Shown here: in pieces, positions 47,181-55,681 of the stretch
Position numbering within the stretch: position 1 is the first letter of the stretch
How the letters are laid out: every line of letters begins with the position of its first letter
Origin: a virus
DNA: 64,000 nt
Virus record (IMG/VR): IMGVR_UViG_3300030433_002667
Location: 470 to 64,469 of that record
Strand: one strand, 5' to 3'
The notes under the pieces: model-generated
What the model was told of the DNA's origin: nothing
What the model saw: the letters and a program-made list of their open reading frames with translations, nothing else
The model's database searches: none
Translations under genes and position numbers: made by a program

Positions 47181-47389
47181 TCGGTTCCCTCCAGTGGTGG
47201 CACAGAGTCATAGCCCAAGTAGACTGCGCCTTCAGCCGCCTGTTCTTCCCCTAACATAGCCTGTGCCCAGTAGAGTAATTGCTTCGCATCATTTACAGAC
47301 AATTCCCTCACTTCCTTTAATCCCATATTGTAATGTGTCATCAGTAAATATTCCATTCCTTCTTGTTGTAGGCGAAGCCGTTCACTCAC
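47174..47389 (-). CDS. Tail assembly chaperone, T segment (likely expressed as a GT fusion)
   Basis: The -1 frame is open from the slippery site at 47443 into this ORF (GFSGGEVGLIKQFIHGRSV-SERLRLQQEG). Confidence 0.65.
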   Translation of the reverse strand: MSERLRLQQEGMEYLLMTHYNMGLKEVRELSVNDAKQLLYWAQAMLGEEQAAEGAVYLGYDSVPPLEGTEW

Positions 47390-47724
47390 TGACCTCCCGT
47401 GGATGAACTGCTTGATGAGTCCGACTTCGCCTCCCGAAAAACCAACCAGTCCATTACTTGACTTGGTTCAGGTAAAAGTGCACTTAATTTAGCCCCATCT
47501 TGGGGAGATAAATCATCTATGTCTATTTCTATAGAACGACCGTCTGGGTCTGAATAATGCAACCAATGTGAAAAGGCATGTCTCCAGTAATCGGAAAAAT
47601 CTAGGCTACCGTGCATCATCAGTGGGGCAACTGCCTGAATATGATAAAACGTCAATCGTCTATTACTGACTAACACTGGCTTACCGTTTATTGTGACTTT
47701 ATTCTTCTTCTTCTCCTGCGACAT
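47386..47724 (-). CDS. Tail assembly chaperone G
   Basis: Follows the tail tube gene; ends in low-complexity REAKSDSSSSSSTGGQ just after a slippery site. Confidence 0.7.
   Translation of the reverse strand: MSQEKKKNKVTINGKPVLVSNRRLTFYHIQAVAPLMMHGSLDFSDYWRHAFSHWLHYSDPDGRSIEIDIDDLSPQDGAKLSALLPEPSQVMDWLVFREAKSDSSSSSSTGGQ
47436..47443 (-). promoter_or_regulatory. Putative -1 programmed ribosomal frameshift site G GTT TTT C
   Basis: Located at codons 95-96 of G; a -1 shift joins the downstream T ORF exactly in frame. Confidence 0.6.
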
Positions 47725-47929
47725 ACTTACTCACGTCCTCGTCGGATGCAGCCGAATCATCGGGGGCATCCTCCAGTGCAAGGTGGGCGAACGGGTCATC
47801 GCTGGCTCTCCCTGCTTCTGGGTCGAAGAGGTTGTCTCCACCCTCTTCCTCTTCATCATTGACATCTACTGTAATCAATCCACCCGAAGGGTGTAGGGAA
47901 CGGTAGGTTTTCATTGGCATGATTCTCAA
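47699..47929 (-). CDS. Small highly acidic protein
   Basis: D/E-rich 76-aa ORF filling the gap between the tail tube and G genes. Confidence 0.5.
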   Translation of the reverse strand: MRIMPMKTYRSLHPSGGLITVDVNDEEEEGGDNLFDPEAGRASDDPFAHLALEDAPDDSAASDEDVSKYVAGEEEE

Positions 47930-50055
47930 CTCTGATACATTGCGTCTTCACTAATAACTTTGACATTCTGAGGCTGTAGCATAATCTTGGTATGCAACAG
48001 ACCTTTGTCATCAGGGACAGGAATAGGACAATCGATGATATAATAATCATCCATAATGATTCTTAGACTGGGAGTGGTATACATAGTATTACCATCATTG
48101 TTTACAGGTTTGGTAAAGTTTAGGACAATTGCTCCATCTCCAGCCGCCTCACCGACCGTTCCACTGTTTAGAGCATGCGTCCTCAATCTATGGAATAGGG
48201 TAGCATCTGTAAGGGCAAGGTCAATTTCTAACTCAAATTCTTCACGGCCCTCACGAATAATACTCGCATTGCGAGTGCCCCCATAAGGTACTTGCTTGAG
48301 GCTTAAACCAGTATCCGAATCAACAGATTCTGCTACAGGGTTGCTCTGTATTGTATGGAATAGTTCTACGCCGGTTTTACCACGCAATTCAAATCCAGAG
48401 ATGAGTCCAAGAGTATTACCGAACGCTTCGACGGACCCATTGTAGAACATGAAGGGCTTCTCTTCGCCCGGAGCAATACCAGCGATTTTCCGATTCTTTG
48501 CAGTATCAGCAGTGTTCTGGAACATGCGGTGAGCAGTATATCGGTCACCTCTCTTTGTAGGGTCAGCGGCAGATTCCAATCTACCTGTATCAGTATAGCA
48601 GGACAATGCATCGAAAATGCACCTATACTTAAGTTCAGCATCTAATGTACTGGAAATTTCCCATTCTGCTACCTTGCAACCCCTGAAGATGCGAGTCAGT
48701 TGCTTGGAATCGCCTTCTGCTCCCGGCGCAATAACAGATTCTCCTGTCGCATTGTAAGAGCCCACATCTTGTGTTCTGATACTATGCTCCATTGAAAAAC
48801 TAGGAATGGTATCTGCTGAGAAAATGAGGCGGTGAACATGATTACGGATAGTACGATTCGCTTTAATTTCAGGACTGCCATCTGTATCATCAGCAGCATA
48901 GTGTCGAAGTTCAAGTGCAGCAGTTCCATCGCTCGCACTGTGAGCATATTGCCACGGTCCATCGATGTAAATTCGGAAGTGATTACCAGTGGTTAATTTC
49001 TCAATGGCTGTGATTCGACGAACTTCACTGGTCTCTGTCCATTCAAAGTGATTTGAATCTCCACCTAATGTTGAGGTTGTCCCGGTCGGATTGTATGGCC
49101 AGAAATCAGTACCACTACCCTTAGAAGGAGCCTTATACTGAACTGTAGGGATTTGGCTGGTATCCGTAACGAGTAGATAATCACCTATTGCAGCATCAGT
49201 AGAGGAGCCAAATCTAATTGACCCTATGAGGGAACTATTCACGTCAATGTAGGTTTGACCCGGCTTAACGTCAGCCACTATAGTAGGTACAGTAGCACCA
49301 TGTTGTTTATCCCCGCACTTAAACCGATTTACAGTCTCTCGACCAAGAGAATAGTATAGCCACCTAGGATTATGCAGTGGCATCTCAAGTGAGCCACCCA
49401 TGTGATGCACCTTACCTGTTTGTTGAATACCGGCTTGGCGACCCATACCTATGACGTGATATCGATGAATGTCGACCTTCGTATCAGGCAGTGTCATGAA
49501 ACTAGCAAGTCCTACGAACTGGTCAAGTAGACTAACCTCTTTGGAAGACTTCGCATCTTCGTGCATAGCAAACGAAGTACCACTCTGTAATGTAGGCATA
49601 CCAGTAGAATGAATGAATAGCGAATCTCCAGTTCCACTTGAAAGAGAAGTAGTCGTCTTGAAAGCCGGTACGATTTTGACAAGGGTTGCTTGAGTTCCGT
49701 CACTGTTGTCTTCTAAAGTGTGGTCTACAATCGTATAAACACGGTTATTCAAGGGCTTGTAATAGAATGCATCGAAGGCATTAGCGCTGTTTGCAGCAGA
49801 ATGGAATGTTAATTTTTGACCAATTAGCATACCAAGAGGAACCTTGAGGATAGGTTTGTTATTCTCAAAGATACTGTTGTCAACGGCATTTGTTAAACCA
49901 GCGCTACTGAACTCAATGGTCGTGTAATCACGAGAGCCATCAGTTGTAATGGCTTTGAACTTGTATGGCTCATGGCTTTGGATATAGATACCAGTTTCAT
50001 GTCCCATCGTGACCTCAGAGACATCTCCTTTGTAATGTGCACCAAAACCTCCCAT
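47926..50055 (-). CDS. Major tail tube protein with inserted domains
   Basis: Tube-like motifs SFSMEHS, RIFRGCKVAEWEIS, FMFYNG and EGREEFELEIDL; 709 aa implies large insertions. GAGGTGA RBS. No sheath gene in the tail module, so probably non-contractile. Confidence 0.7.
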   Translation of the reverse strand: MGGFGAHYKGDVSEVTMGHETGIYIQSHEPYKFKAITTDGSRDYTTIEFSSAGLTNAVDNSIFENNKPILKVPLGMLIGQKLTFHSAANSANAFDAFYYKPLNNRVYTIVDHTLEDNSDGTQATLVKIVPAFKTTTSLSSGTGDSLFIHSTGMPTLQSGTSFAMHEDAKSSKEVSLLDQFVGLASFMTLPDTKVDIHRYHVIGMGRQAGIQQTGKVHHMGGSLEMPLHNPRWLYYSLGRETVNRFKCGDKQHGATVPTIVADVKPGQTYIDVNSSLIGSIRFGSSTDAAIGDYLLVTDTSQIPTVQYKAPSKGSGTDFWPYNPTGTTSTLGGDSNHFEWTETSEVRRITAIEKLTTGNHFRIYIDGPWQYAHSASDGTAALELRHYAADDTDGSPEIKANRTIRNHVHRLIFSADTIPSFSMEHSIRTQDVGSYNATGESVIAPGAEGDSKQLTRIFRGCKVAEWEISSTLDAELKYRCIFDALSCYTDTGRLESAADPTKRGDRYTAHRMFQNTADTAKNRKIAGIAPGEEKPFMFYNGSVEAFGNTLGLISGFELRGKTGVELFHTIQSNPVAESVDSDTGLSLKQVPYGGTRNASIIREGREEFELEIDLALTDATLFHRLRTHALNSGTVGEAAGDGAIVLNFTKPVNNDGNTMYTTPSLRIIMDDYYIIDCPIPVPDDKGLLHTKIMLQPQNVKVISEDAMYQS

Positions 50056-50064
50056 CTAATCACC

Positions 50065-50511
50065 TCACGGAATGGCCTCTGCCAATATCACTACCTCTAC
50101 TTGGAAGGTGTGGCGAAACAACTTCTTGGTTCTGTCGCTCAAATCAGTCCGAGTCTTGAGAATCATACGGTCAAAGTTAGCACCATCACCTTTCCTCTGA
50201 GTATGAATGAGCCTCCTCATTTCATCCTCCATTTTCCGCAATCTGGAACGACCACGGGTTGTTCGCATATCTACTGTGATATTAACACGAGTAGTCACGA
50301 AATTGTAAAACAAATCTGGCACTTCTTCATTCAGTGCTGTCTCATAGCATAGTACGTAATCGTGGCGCTGTAAATCCAAGCGCTTACCACGCTCTGGCCC
50401 CTCACTAGCAATGTCAATGATGACGGGCTTGATATTATCAGAGTTAGCCCGATTCCATGTTTTGAGAACATCAATGACGGTCTCAAGAGGCTCTTTCCAA
50501 TCTGCCGTCAT
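50065..50511 (-). CDS. Tail terminator / completion protein
   Basis: ATG 50511 overlaps the adaptor stop (ATGA). alpha-beta pattern with VNITVDMRT...R..KM.DE..R.I; canonical position before the tube gene. Confidence 0.6.
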   Translation of the reverse strand: MTADWKEPLETVIDVLKTWNRANSDNIKPVIIDIASEGPERGKRLDLQRHDYVLCYETALNEEVPDLFYNFVTTRVNITVDMRTTRGRSRLRKMEDEMRRLIHTQRKGDGANFDRMILKTRTDLSDRTKKLFRHTFQVEVVILAEAIP

Positions 50512-52493
50512 GCAAACACCACTATCTCCTTGTAGCGACTCAGAATTTCCATTGCTTCCTTGCGCCAAAGTTGAATCTTAGAGCCCAAGTCTACATTCTG
50601 TGTCCCTTCAGGGATAAGGACAGAGCGGTCATCTGACATGAGAAGTTCGGAGCAAACTAACTTGGTCGCAGCCTCCTCAATGGCTTTCTCCAAATAGCGC
50701 TCTCCATAAATGTAGGATGCCTTGACAGCATTCCACTCAAAGAATGGATATGAATTGTTGAAGTAGATAATCCCCATCTCAGCATCCAGCCACCAATCTT
50801 TGAGGCGCTGCTTATCACCAGATGTTCCAGAAATAAACCCAAGGTCAGGGTTAAGCCTCTTCTGAGTAATAGTCGTTCCAATCTTTGCAGCACCACTTGT
50901 ACCACCAAGTTGTAATCTCAAATCATTGGCTATGTCAGTAAAGCCACTTATCACTCCAGTAGTGACAGCGGTAGGAACTCCAAGAATCGGCGTCACAGTA
51001 TCGTCCGCACCTTCTCCTATAAGGTGAGTCGTGGTGTCTTCTACCACACTTGAATAATATGCAACTCTAGTGGATTCCCCATTGGCGATGGTGACCAATC
51101 CTCCGTTTTTACTGAGGTTGTCTACTTCGGTCGAAAGAATAACGACCTGTGTTGTATCAGCCGCTTTAGTTGGCTTAGCAGTGTAAATGTATTCGTTATC
51201 AACAAGAGGAACTTTGATTCCCCCGTCGTTTGCAACTCTAACGCTATTTATGCCGACAGCAGTGACGATGCCGATGACAGTGCCCTTCGCATTGTAAATC
51301 GTATCTCCATCTGAGATTGAGTCACGGGCATCACCACCATCTGTATCCATATTTAGTGCGTAACCTTTGGCATAACCGTTAGCGAAGTTAATCTGAACTA
51401 CAGTCTTGTGGTGCTGACTAGTTGCGGTGTGGCTACTGGTGTGACTGATACTTAGGTTAGTTTCATCACTTGCTGCTATAGATGCAGTCTTACCCCCACC
51501 TGCAGGGCGCATACTTGTGATTTTCAAAACGCCGCTACCGTAATCTGAATTGGCAGTAGCAAGGAACTCATGGTGTACAGAGACTTGCTGGGTTCCAGTA
51601 GATGTCTCCAGAGTTAAACCAGAGAAATCGATGGCTGACTTATTGACTCGGTCTTCTTTATTGATGAGGTCGGCTAAATTCTGTGCACTGGTCACTACAT
51701 CATAACTTGCTCTCCATTGATTAGATGCAGTGCCCACAGTGAGGGAAGCCGGTGTAGTTCCTTCTCCGGGGTGAATGTAAAGGGAATCTCCTGATAATTT
51801 AGCGTAGTCTACTACTTCCACTCTGGCCTCTGCGCCAGCCAGTTCTCTGTAATTATCACCTTGCCAAAGTTCAATGCGGAGCATTTGCTGGACATTGCGG
51901 TATAGTAGAGGAGTTGTCCCTACGTAATCAGTATAGTATCGGCGACGATAAGGCTTGTAAGTATCGAAGTTGATGTATTCCGCAACGCATAGATAAGGTC
52001 TCCAAGCATTGTGAGTCCAGTTATCGATACGGTCTTGGATGCGACGAATGTGAGTATTCACGATATCCTTTGTTACACCACGGCTCTTACCATTAGTGAA
52101 CACCGATTTATTCTGAATCTCTGTGTTCGCAGCAGTAGTATAACTGGCAAAGGCATCGTTTTCACCTGCAGCCCCCGCATCCAAAGTGACGGGTAACTTG
52201 ACATACTTTGTTCCAGTTACATCTTCTACTACAGGTGCACCGATGGTAAAGGTCTCTCCAAGAGGATAAAGGTCACTAATGGCGAGAATTGTATCCCCGC
52301 TTTCAAAACCATGCTCTCTCAAATCAGTCCCTGTAATGTAGAAGCCGGTGGCTGAAGCATCGGCAGCAGCGAGCACAGGCTCTCCCGGCGCAATGCCCAG
52401 CAGTTCTCCCACCTTGTCAGCCGTTGTATACACAATGGCTTCAGGGTTAAGGGGTCTTGTTTCAGCCTCGCCGGGTGAGAATACTACTGGCAT
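50508..52493 (-). CDS. Head-tail adaptor (gp6/gp15-like) with large insertions
   Basis: YTTADKV.ELLG, I.RIQDRID.W...AW, W.LDAEMGII.F, VKASYIYG and IEEAATKL adaptor-type segments, separated by beta inserts. Confidence 0.6.
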   Translation of the reverse strand: MPVVFSPGEAETRPLNPEAIVYTTADKVGELLGIAPGEPVLAAADASATGFYITGTDLREHGFESGDTILAISDLYPLGETFTIGAPVVEDVTGTKYVKLPVTLDAGAAGENDAFASYTTAANTEIQNKSVFTNGKSRGVTKDIVNTHIRRIQDRIDNWTHNAWRPYLCVAEYINFDTYKPYRRRYYTDYVGTTPLLYRNVQQMLRIELWQGDNYRELAGAEARVEVVDYAKLSGDSLYIHPGEGTTPASLTVGTASNQWRASYDVVTSAQNLADLINKEDRVNKSAIDFSGLTLETSTGTQQVSVHHEFLATANSDYGSGVLKITSMRPAGGGKTASIAASDETNLSISHTSSHTATSQHHKTVVQINFANGYAKGYALNMDTDGGDARDSISDGDTIYNAKGTVIGIVTAVGINSVRVANDGGIKVPLVDNEYIYTAKPTKAADTTQVVILSTEVDNLSKNGGLVTIANGESTRVAYYSSVVEDTTTHLIGEGADDTVTPILGVPTAVTTGVISGFTDIANDLRLQLGGTSGAAKIGTTITQKRLNPDLGFISGTSGDKQRLKDWWLDAEMGIIYFNNSYPFFEWNAVKASYIYGERYLEKAIEEAATKLVCSELLMSDDRSVLIPEGTQNVDLGSKIQLWRKEAMEILSRYKEIVVFA

Positions 52494-52529
52494 GTTCCAT
52501 TCCCCTCACCCGAGCCATACCATGTGCCT

Positions 52530-52901
52530 TCAATAACCCTGTCGCCACATCAATGACTTGATACTCTTCAATAGTTGATTTCCAAGAGACTTCTCAAGTA
52601 GATGAGGATAGTTAATTGATACATCCATTGGGTGCATATATTCCCCTGTTTCTGGATTCATCCGAGCACCTTCATCATACATCATTTGTGCTATCTCTTC
52701 GTCAGTTCTGTTCTGGATTGCATTTGGAAGGTCTTTCCTTCTTCTTAGATTGATGTTGCGCACATGCTCAGTAATCCCAACCATCTGATTCTTATCTCGC
52801 TCTGTTTGTTCAACACTAGATGTAGGGCCTTGTTCAGCCTCATTGGTCTCTTGTCCAGTGGTTGTATGTTCTTCATCGTAATGGTCAGGCATGATTAGCA
52901 C
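52530..52901 (-). CDS. Hypothetical protein with C-terminal Lys-Ser cluster
   Basis: 123 aa; ends LLEKS-LGNQLLKS-IKS. Confidence 0.55.
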   Translation of the reverse strand: MLIMPDHYDEEHTTTGQETNEAEQGPTSSVEQTERDKNQMVGITEHVRNINLRRRKDLPNAIQNRTDEEIAQMMYDEGARMNPETGEYMHPMDVSINYPHLLEKSLGNQLLKSIKSLMWRQGY

Positions 52902-53188
52902 TCCTTTGTTCCTAAATTAAAATCGACTTTATGTCCGCAAGTTCTACACTGGTCAACCCAACAGAAGTACAACATGCCGCATTTCTGACATCGGGTACCA
53001 GACCCGATGTTTAGCACGTCGCCTGCTGACTTGGTGCGATTCCGCTGCTTTAGCGTCACTCCCTCTAAGGGATTGTCATCGTTGGACCTAACCGATGCGC
53101 CATAAGATTCATTGAGGCGGATGCCCCTCTTCTGTAAGCGCTCGATATCTTTCAGCCCTAGACTGCCGTATGATTCCATCAGACTCAC
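52895..53188 (-). CDS. Zinc-ribbon protein
   Basis: CQKC.......CRTC at the C-terminus. Confidence 0.75.
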   Translation of the reverse strand: MSLMESYGSLGLKDIERLQKRGIRLNESYGASVRSNDDNPLEGVTLKQRNRTKSAGDVLNIGSGTRCQKCGMLYFCWVDQCRTCGHKVDFNLGTKEC

Positions 53189-53194
53189 TCAACC

Positions 53195-53368
53195 TCAGGA
53201 GGTAACCACTACCACATAGAGATTGCCCAGCATGAGGTAAGAGGTAATACCCACTACAGTCTTGCCGGTAGTATAGTCATCAAGAACCTTCTGCACGCCG
53301 TCTGCAACGGCTGCACCTGTCTCTGTCGCATTAGGTGGTCCAAATTCAAAGACCTTGGTATCACTCAT
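53195..53368 (-). CDS. 57-aa small protein (not in the ORF track)
   Basis: MSDTKVFEFGPPNATETGAAVADGVQKVLDDYTTGKTVVGITSYLMLGNLYVVVVTS; fills the gap between head-module genes. Confidence 0.65.
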   Translation of the reverse strand: MSDTKVFEFGPPNATETGAAVADGVQKVLDDYTTGKTVVGITSYLMLGNLYVVVVTS

Positions 53369-53384
53369 GGGGACTCAACCCCAA

Positions 53385-53651
53385 TCATGCACGGACGCCG
53401 AATGCGAACCATTTCCCAGCAGCGTCAGGCGCTGTGAGAACTGTCATAGTTGTTCCGACAATAACTTGACCGTTATCGCCCGGACCTGCAGCCGCTTGGT
53501 CAGAGAACAGGCCTGCGCCTAGAATTGTTCGTAGTCCTGCGATTTCAACGTCGCCGCCGGTATCGCCATCAGTGCTGGTGAATGTTCCAAATACCATTGC
53601 TAAGTTTCCTAATGCAGTTGGTCTCTCGTCTTGTGTATATGTAAATGCCAT
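53385..53651 (-). CDS. Small head-associated (decoration-like) protein
   Basis: Gly/Thr/Ala-rich all-beta composition; GGAG RBS; downstream of the capsid gene. Confidence 0.5.
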   Translation of the reverse strand: MAFTYTQDERPTALGNLAMVFGTFTSTDGDTGGDVEIAGLRTILGAGLFSDQAAAGPGDNGQVIVGTTMTVLTAPDAAGKWFAFGVRA

Positions 53652-53653
53652 AA

Positions 53654-54100
53654 TTATTCATCTCCTAATTCAATTGTGTTAACTTCCTCTGTTTCTACAG
53701 GTGCTGGTTCTTCAACGACCGGTTCCTCAACCACCGGCTCTTCGACCGCAGGCTCTTCAGCCACGGGTTCTGGAGCCGGTGGATTGAGGGTTTGTTCGAC
53801 TAGGCCCAACAGTTTCCCTTTGGTGGTGTATCCGCTGAAGGAAGTGCCTTTGGCTTTAAGCCATGCACCGATGTCCTTCTTGGTCCATCCGCTGTCAGGG
53901 ATTCCGTCGTTGCCTGCGTCTGTGGTCACTCCTTCGTCACCTTCTATTGTGAAGATTGCACTTGGGAGTGCGTGTCGCCATTGATTCATCCATGCCTGAG
54001 AAACCTCCATTGGGACACCCCTGACCATCTCCGCCGGACTATCAGGCCGACGGCGATAGTGGAATGGTCCCACGTAGGTTACTTGAGGCAAGTTAAACAC
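53654..54100 (-). CDS. HeH/LEM-like small DNA-binding protein with acidic Pro/Glu tail
   Basis: WTKKDIGAWLKAKG......TKGKLL.LV helix-extension-helix pattern; EP(V/A)(V/A)E repeats. Confidence 0.55.
   Translation of the reverse strand: MFNLPQVTYVGPFHYRRRPDSPAEMVRGVPMEVSQAWMNQWRHALPSAIFTIEGDEGVTTDAGNDGIPDSGWTKKDIGAWLKAKGTSFSGYTTKGKLLGLVEQTLNPPAPEPVAEEPAVEEPVVEEPVVEEPAPVETEEVNTIELGDE
53706..53765. repeat. Four imperfect 15-bp tandem repeats (in-frame EP-x-x-E units)
   Basis: ggttcttcaacgacc / ggttcctcaaccacc / ggctcttcgaccgca / ggctcttcagccacg. Confidence 0.8.
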
Positions 54101-54101
54101 C

Positions 54102-54539
54102 TCAGTAGTACAGCATCATCACTTGCAGAACTGCGGCTGCTGTTCCACCAGTTGATGTAGCGGTAATGGTTACTTCCTTCAAGTCGTCGCTGTCAGAGTC
54201 TGCTCCAACTGAACTTGCTGCGAGTACCAAATCAGAGGTACCTGCAGTGCCAGTTGTCTGAGTTCCGAACAAGGCGTAAACGCCGTTCAAGTCGCCGCCT
54301 TCAAGGACTGCGACTGCACTGTTTCCAGCCTGTGTCATCTGTAGTAGCGCCATCTTAGGTGCTGCGTCATATCCAGTTGCTGCATCAGTTTGTGATGCTG
54401 CAAATGCATCGATGTTACCGGGGTAAGTTCCACCACGTGCTAGCCACTCGGTTGTATCTTGTGACCCTGCTCGTAGTTCCCATGCCCCAAGGACAACGGT
54501 TGTTCCTGTCGTGTTAGTCTTAACTGTTAGATTCTTCAT
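54102..54539 (-). CDS. Capsid decoration/cement-like protein
   Basis: Directly after the capsid gene with a very strong AAGGAGG RBS; Thr/Ala/Gly-rich beta composition. Confidence 0.5.
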   Translation of the reverse strand: MKNLTVKTNTTGTTVVLGAWELRAGSQDTTEWLARGGTYPGNIDAFAASQTDAATGYDAAPKMALLQMTQAGNSAVAVLEGGDLNGVYALFGTQTTGTAGTSDLVLAASSVGADSDSDDLKEVTITATSTGGTAAAVLQVMMLYY

Positions 54540-54571
54540 ATTATATTCCTCCTTGTATCTCCATTATGTCC

Positions 54572-55669
54572 TCACTGTAGGTCTCGGATTGAACCCTGAC
54601 CTCCAAAGAAAGTAGTCCAAACTTCACCCATTGTTCGGTAAAGTCCTTCCTGACCTAGACGGTTGATAGCGAACGGGTCGCCGGTCTCGATACCAGACTC
54701 AAAGTATTGAGTAGGCTTAGCGGTCGAGAAGTATAGGTAGTCTGTGTCCATCATGTAAACACGGCTGATTGTGTCGCTTGCCATCTCCTTGGTTGGGATG
54801 ATTGGGACACCGTTGTAAGTTGCCACAATGAATCCTGCTTCGACACCGGGTACACCCTTAACGCCGTTGTAGGTTGGGACAACACGCTTCTCTTCCATGA
54901 ATCGCTGTTGGCTCTGTAGTAGTTGCTGGATGCGCATTAGTGTGTCATATCCAGTTAGCATAACCTTAGGATTACCACCACGGACCCAAATCTTCTGGAA
55001 TAGGTCGTCAAGGTGTTCTAGTGAAAGGTTGCGGTCAGTTCCGCTGTTCTCGTTGTGCTCGGCTTTGGACCATGTGTTGCCACTGCGGTCAATGCTGTAG
55101 ATGTCGTCAGTAGCAGCAGTCTGTCCAGTGGTGATTCGGTCAAGAGACTCGATATCGTTACCAGCGACGGTTAGCCTGTCAGTTGTCAACATCTTGTTGA
55201 CGTGCTCTGCGTGGTGCTTACCCATCTCTTCCTTCAAGACAGAGCGGATGTCGCCTAGGCCGTCATCCTTGTCGTTAAGGAAGATAGCAACTTCGCTCAT
55301 GTCGAATGAGTGAGCGACTGTCTTAGGCTTTGCAGCCACGTGTAGGAAGGTAGGCTTGGTGGTCTCCGGTAGTGTACCGTTCTCAGCAATTCCACCGCCC
55401 TTCACGAATGAAGGCTTAGCGGTGACTACTCGCCATCCACTGCGGTCCCATGGCTTCTTAGGTAGAATGGAGAATGCGTTGAATTCTTGGTTCAACTGGC
55501 TCCAGACTTTGCGGCCATAAATTGCTTGGTATGTTCCTGCTGTTGTGCTTAGTAGTGGTGCGTCTGCTTTCAAAAGTTCTGAACCAGAGTAGGAGTATCC
55601 CATACTTTGTCCAGCACCGTAGTAGTAGCGCTCCATGTCGTTAACTGTTCTCATATAGTTTCGTGCCAT
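54572..55669 (-). CDS. Major capsid protein (HK97 fold)
   Basis: Directly downstream of the protease/scaffold gene; 365 aa; AAGGAGG RBS. HK97-type segments (KPKTVAHSFDMSE, KVMLTG...IQQLL, YNGVPII, VYMMDTDYL). Putative maturation site ELLK34-A. Confidence 0.85.
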   Translation of the reverse strand: MARNYMRTVNDMERYYYGAGQSMGYSYSGSELLKADAPLLSTTAGTYQAIYGRKVWSQLNQEFNAFSILPKKPWDRSGWRVVTAKPSFVKGGGIAENGTLPETTKPTFLHVAAKPKTVAHSFDMSEVAIFLNDKDDGLGDIRSVLKEEMGKHHAEHVNKMLTTDRLTVAGNDIESLDRITTGQTAATDDIYSIDRSGNTWSKAEHNENSGTDRNLSLEHLDDLFQKIWVRGGNPKVMLTGYDTLMRIQQLLQSQQRFMEEKRVVPTYNGVKGVPGVEAGFIVATYNGVPIIPTKEMASDTISRVYMMDTDYLYFSTAKPTQYFESGIETGDPFAINRLGQEGLYRTMGEVWTTFFGGQGSIRDLQ

Positions 55670-55681
55670 TCATATTCCTCC

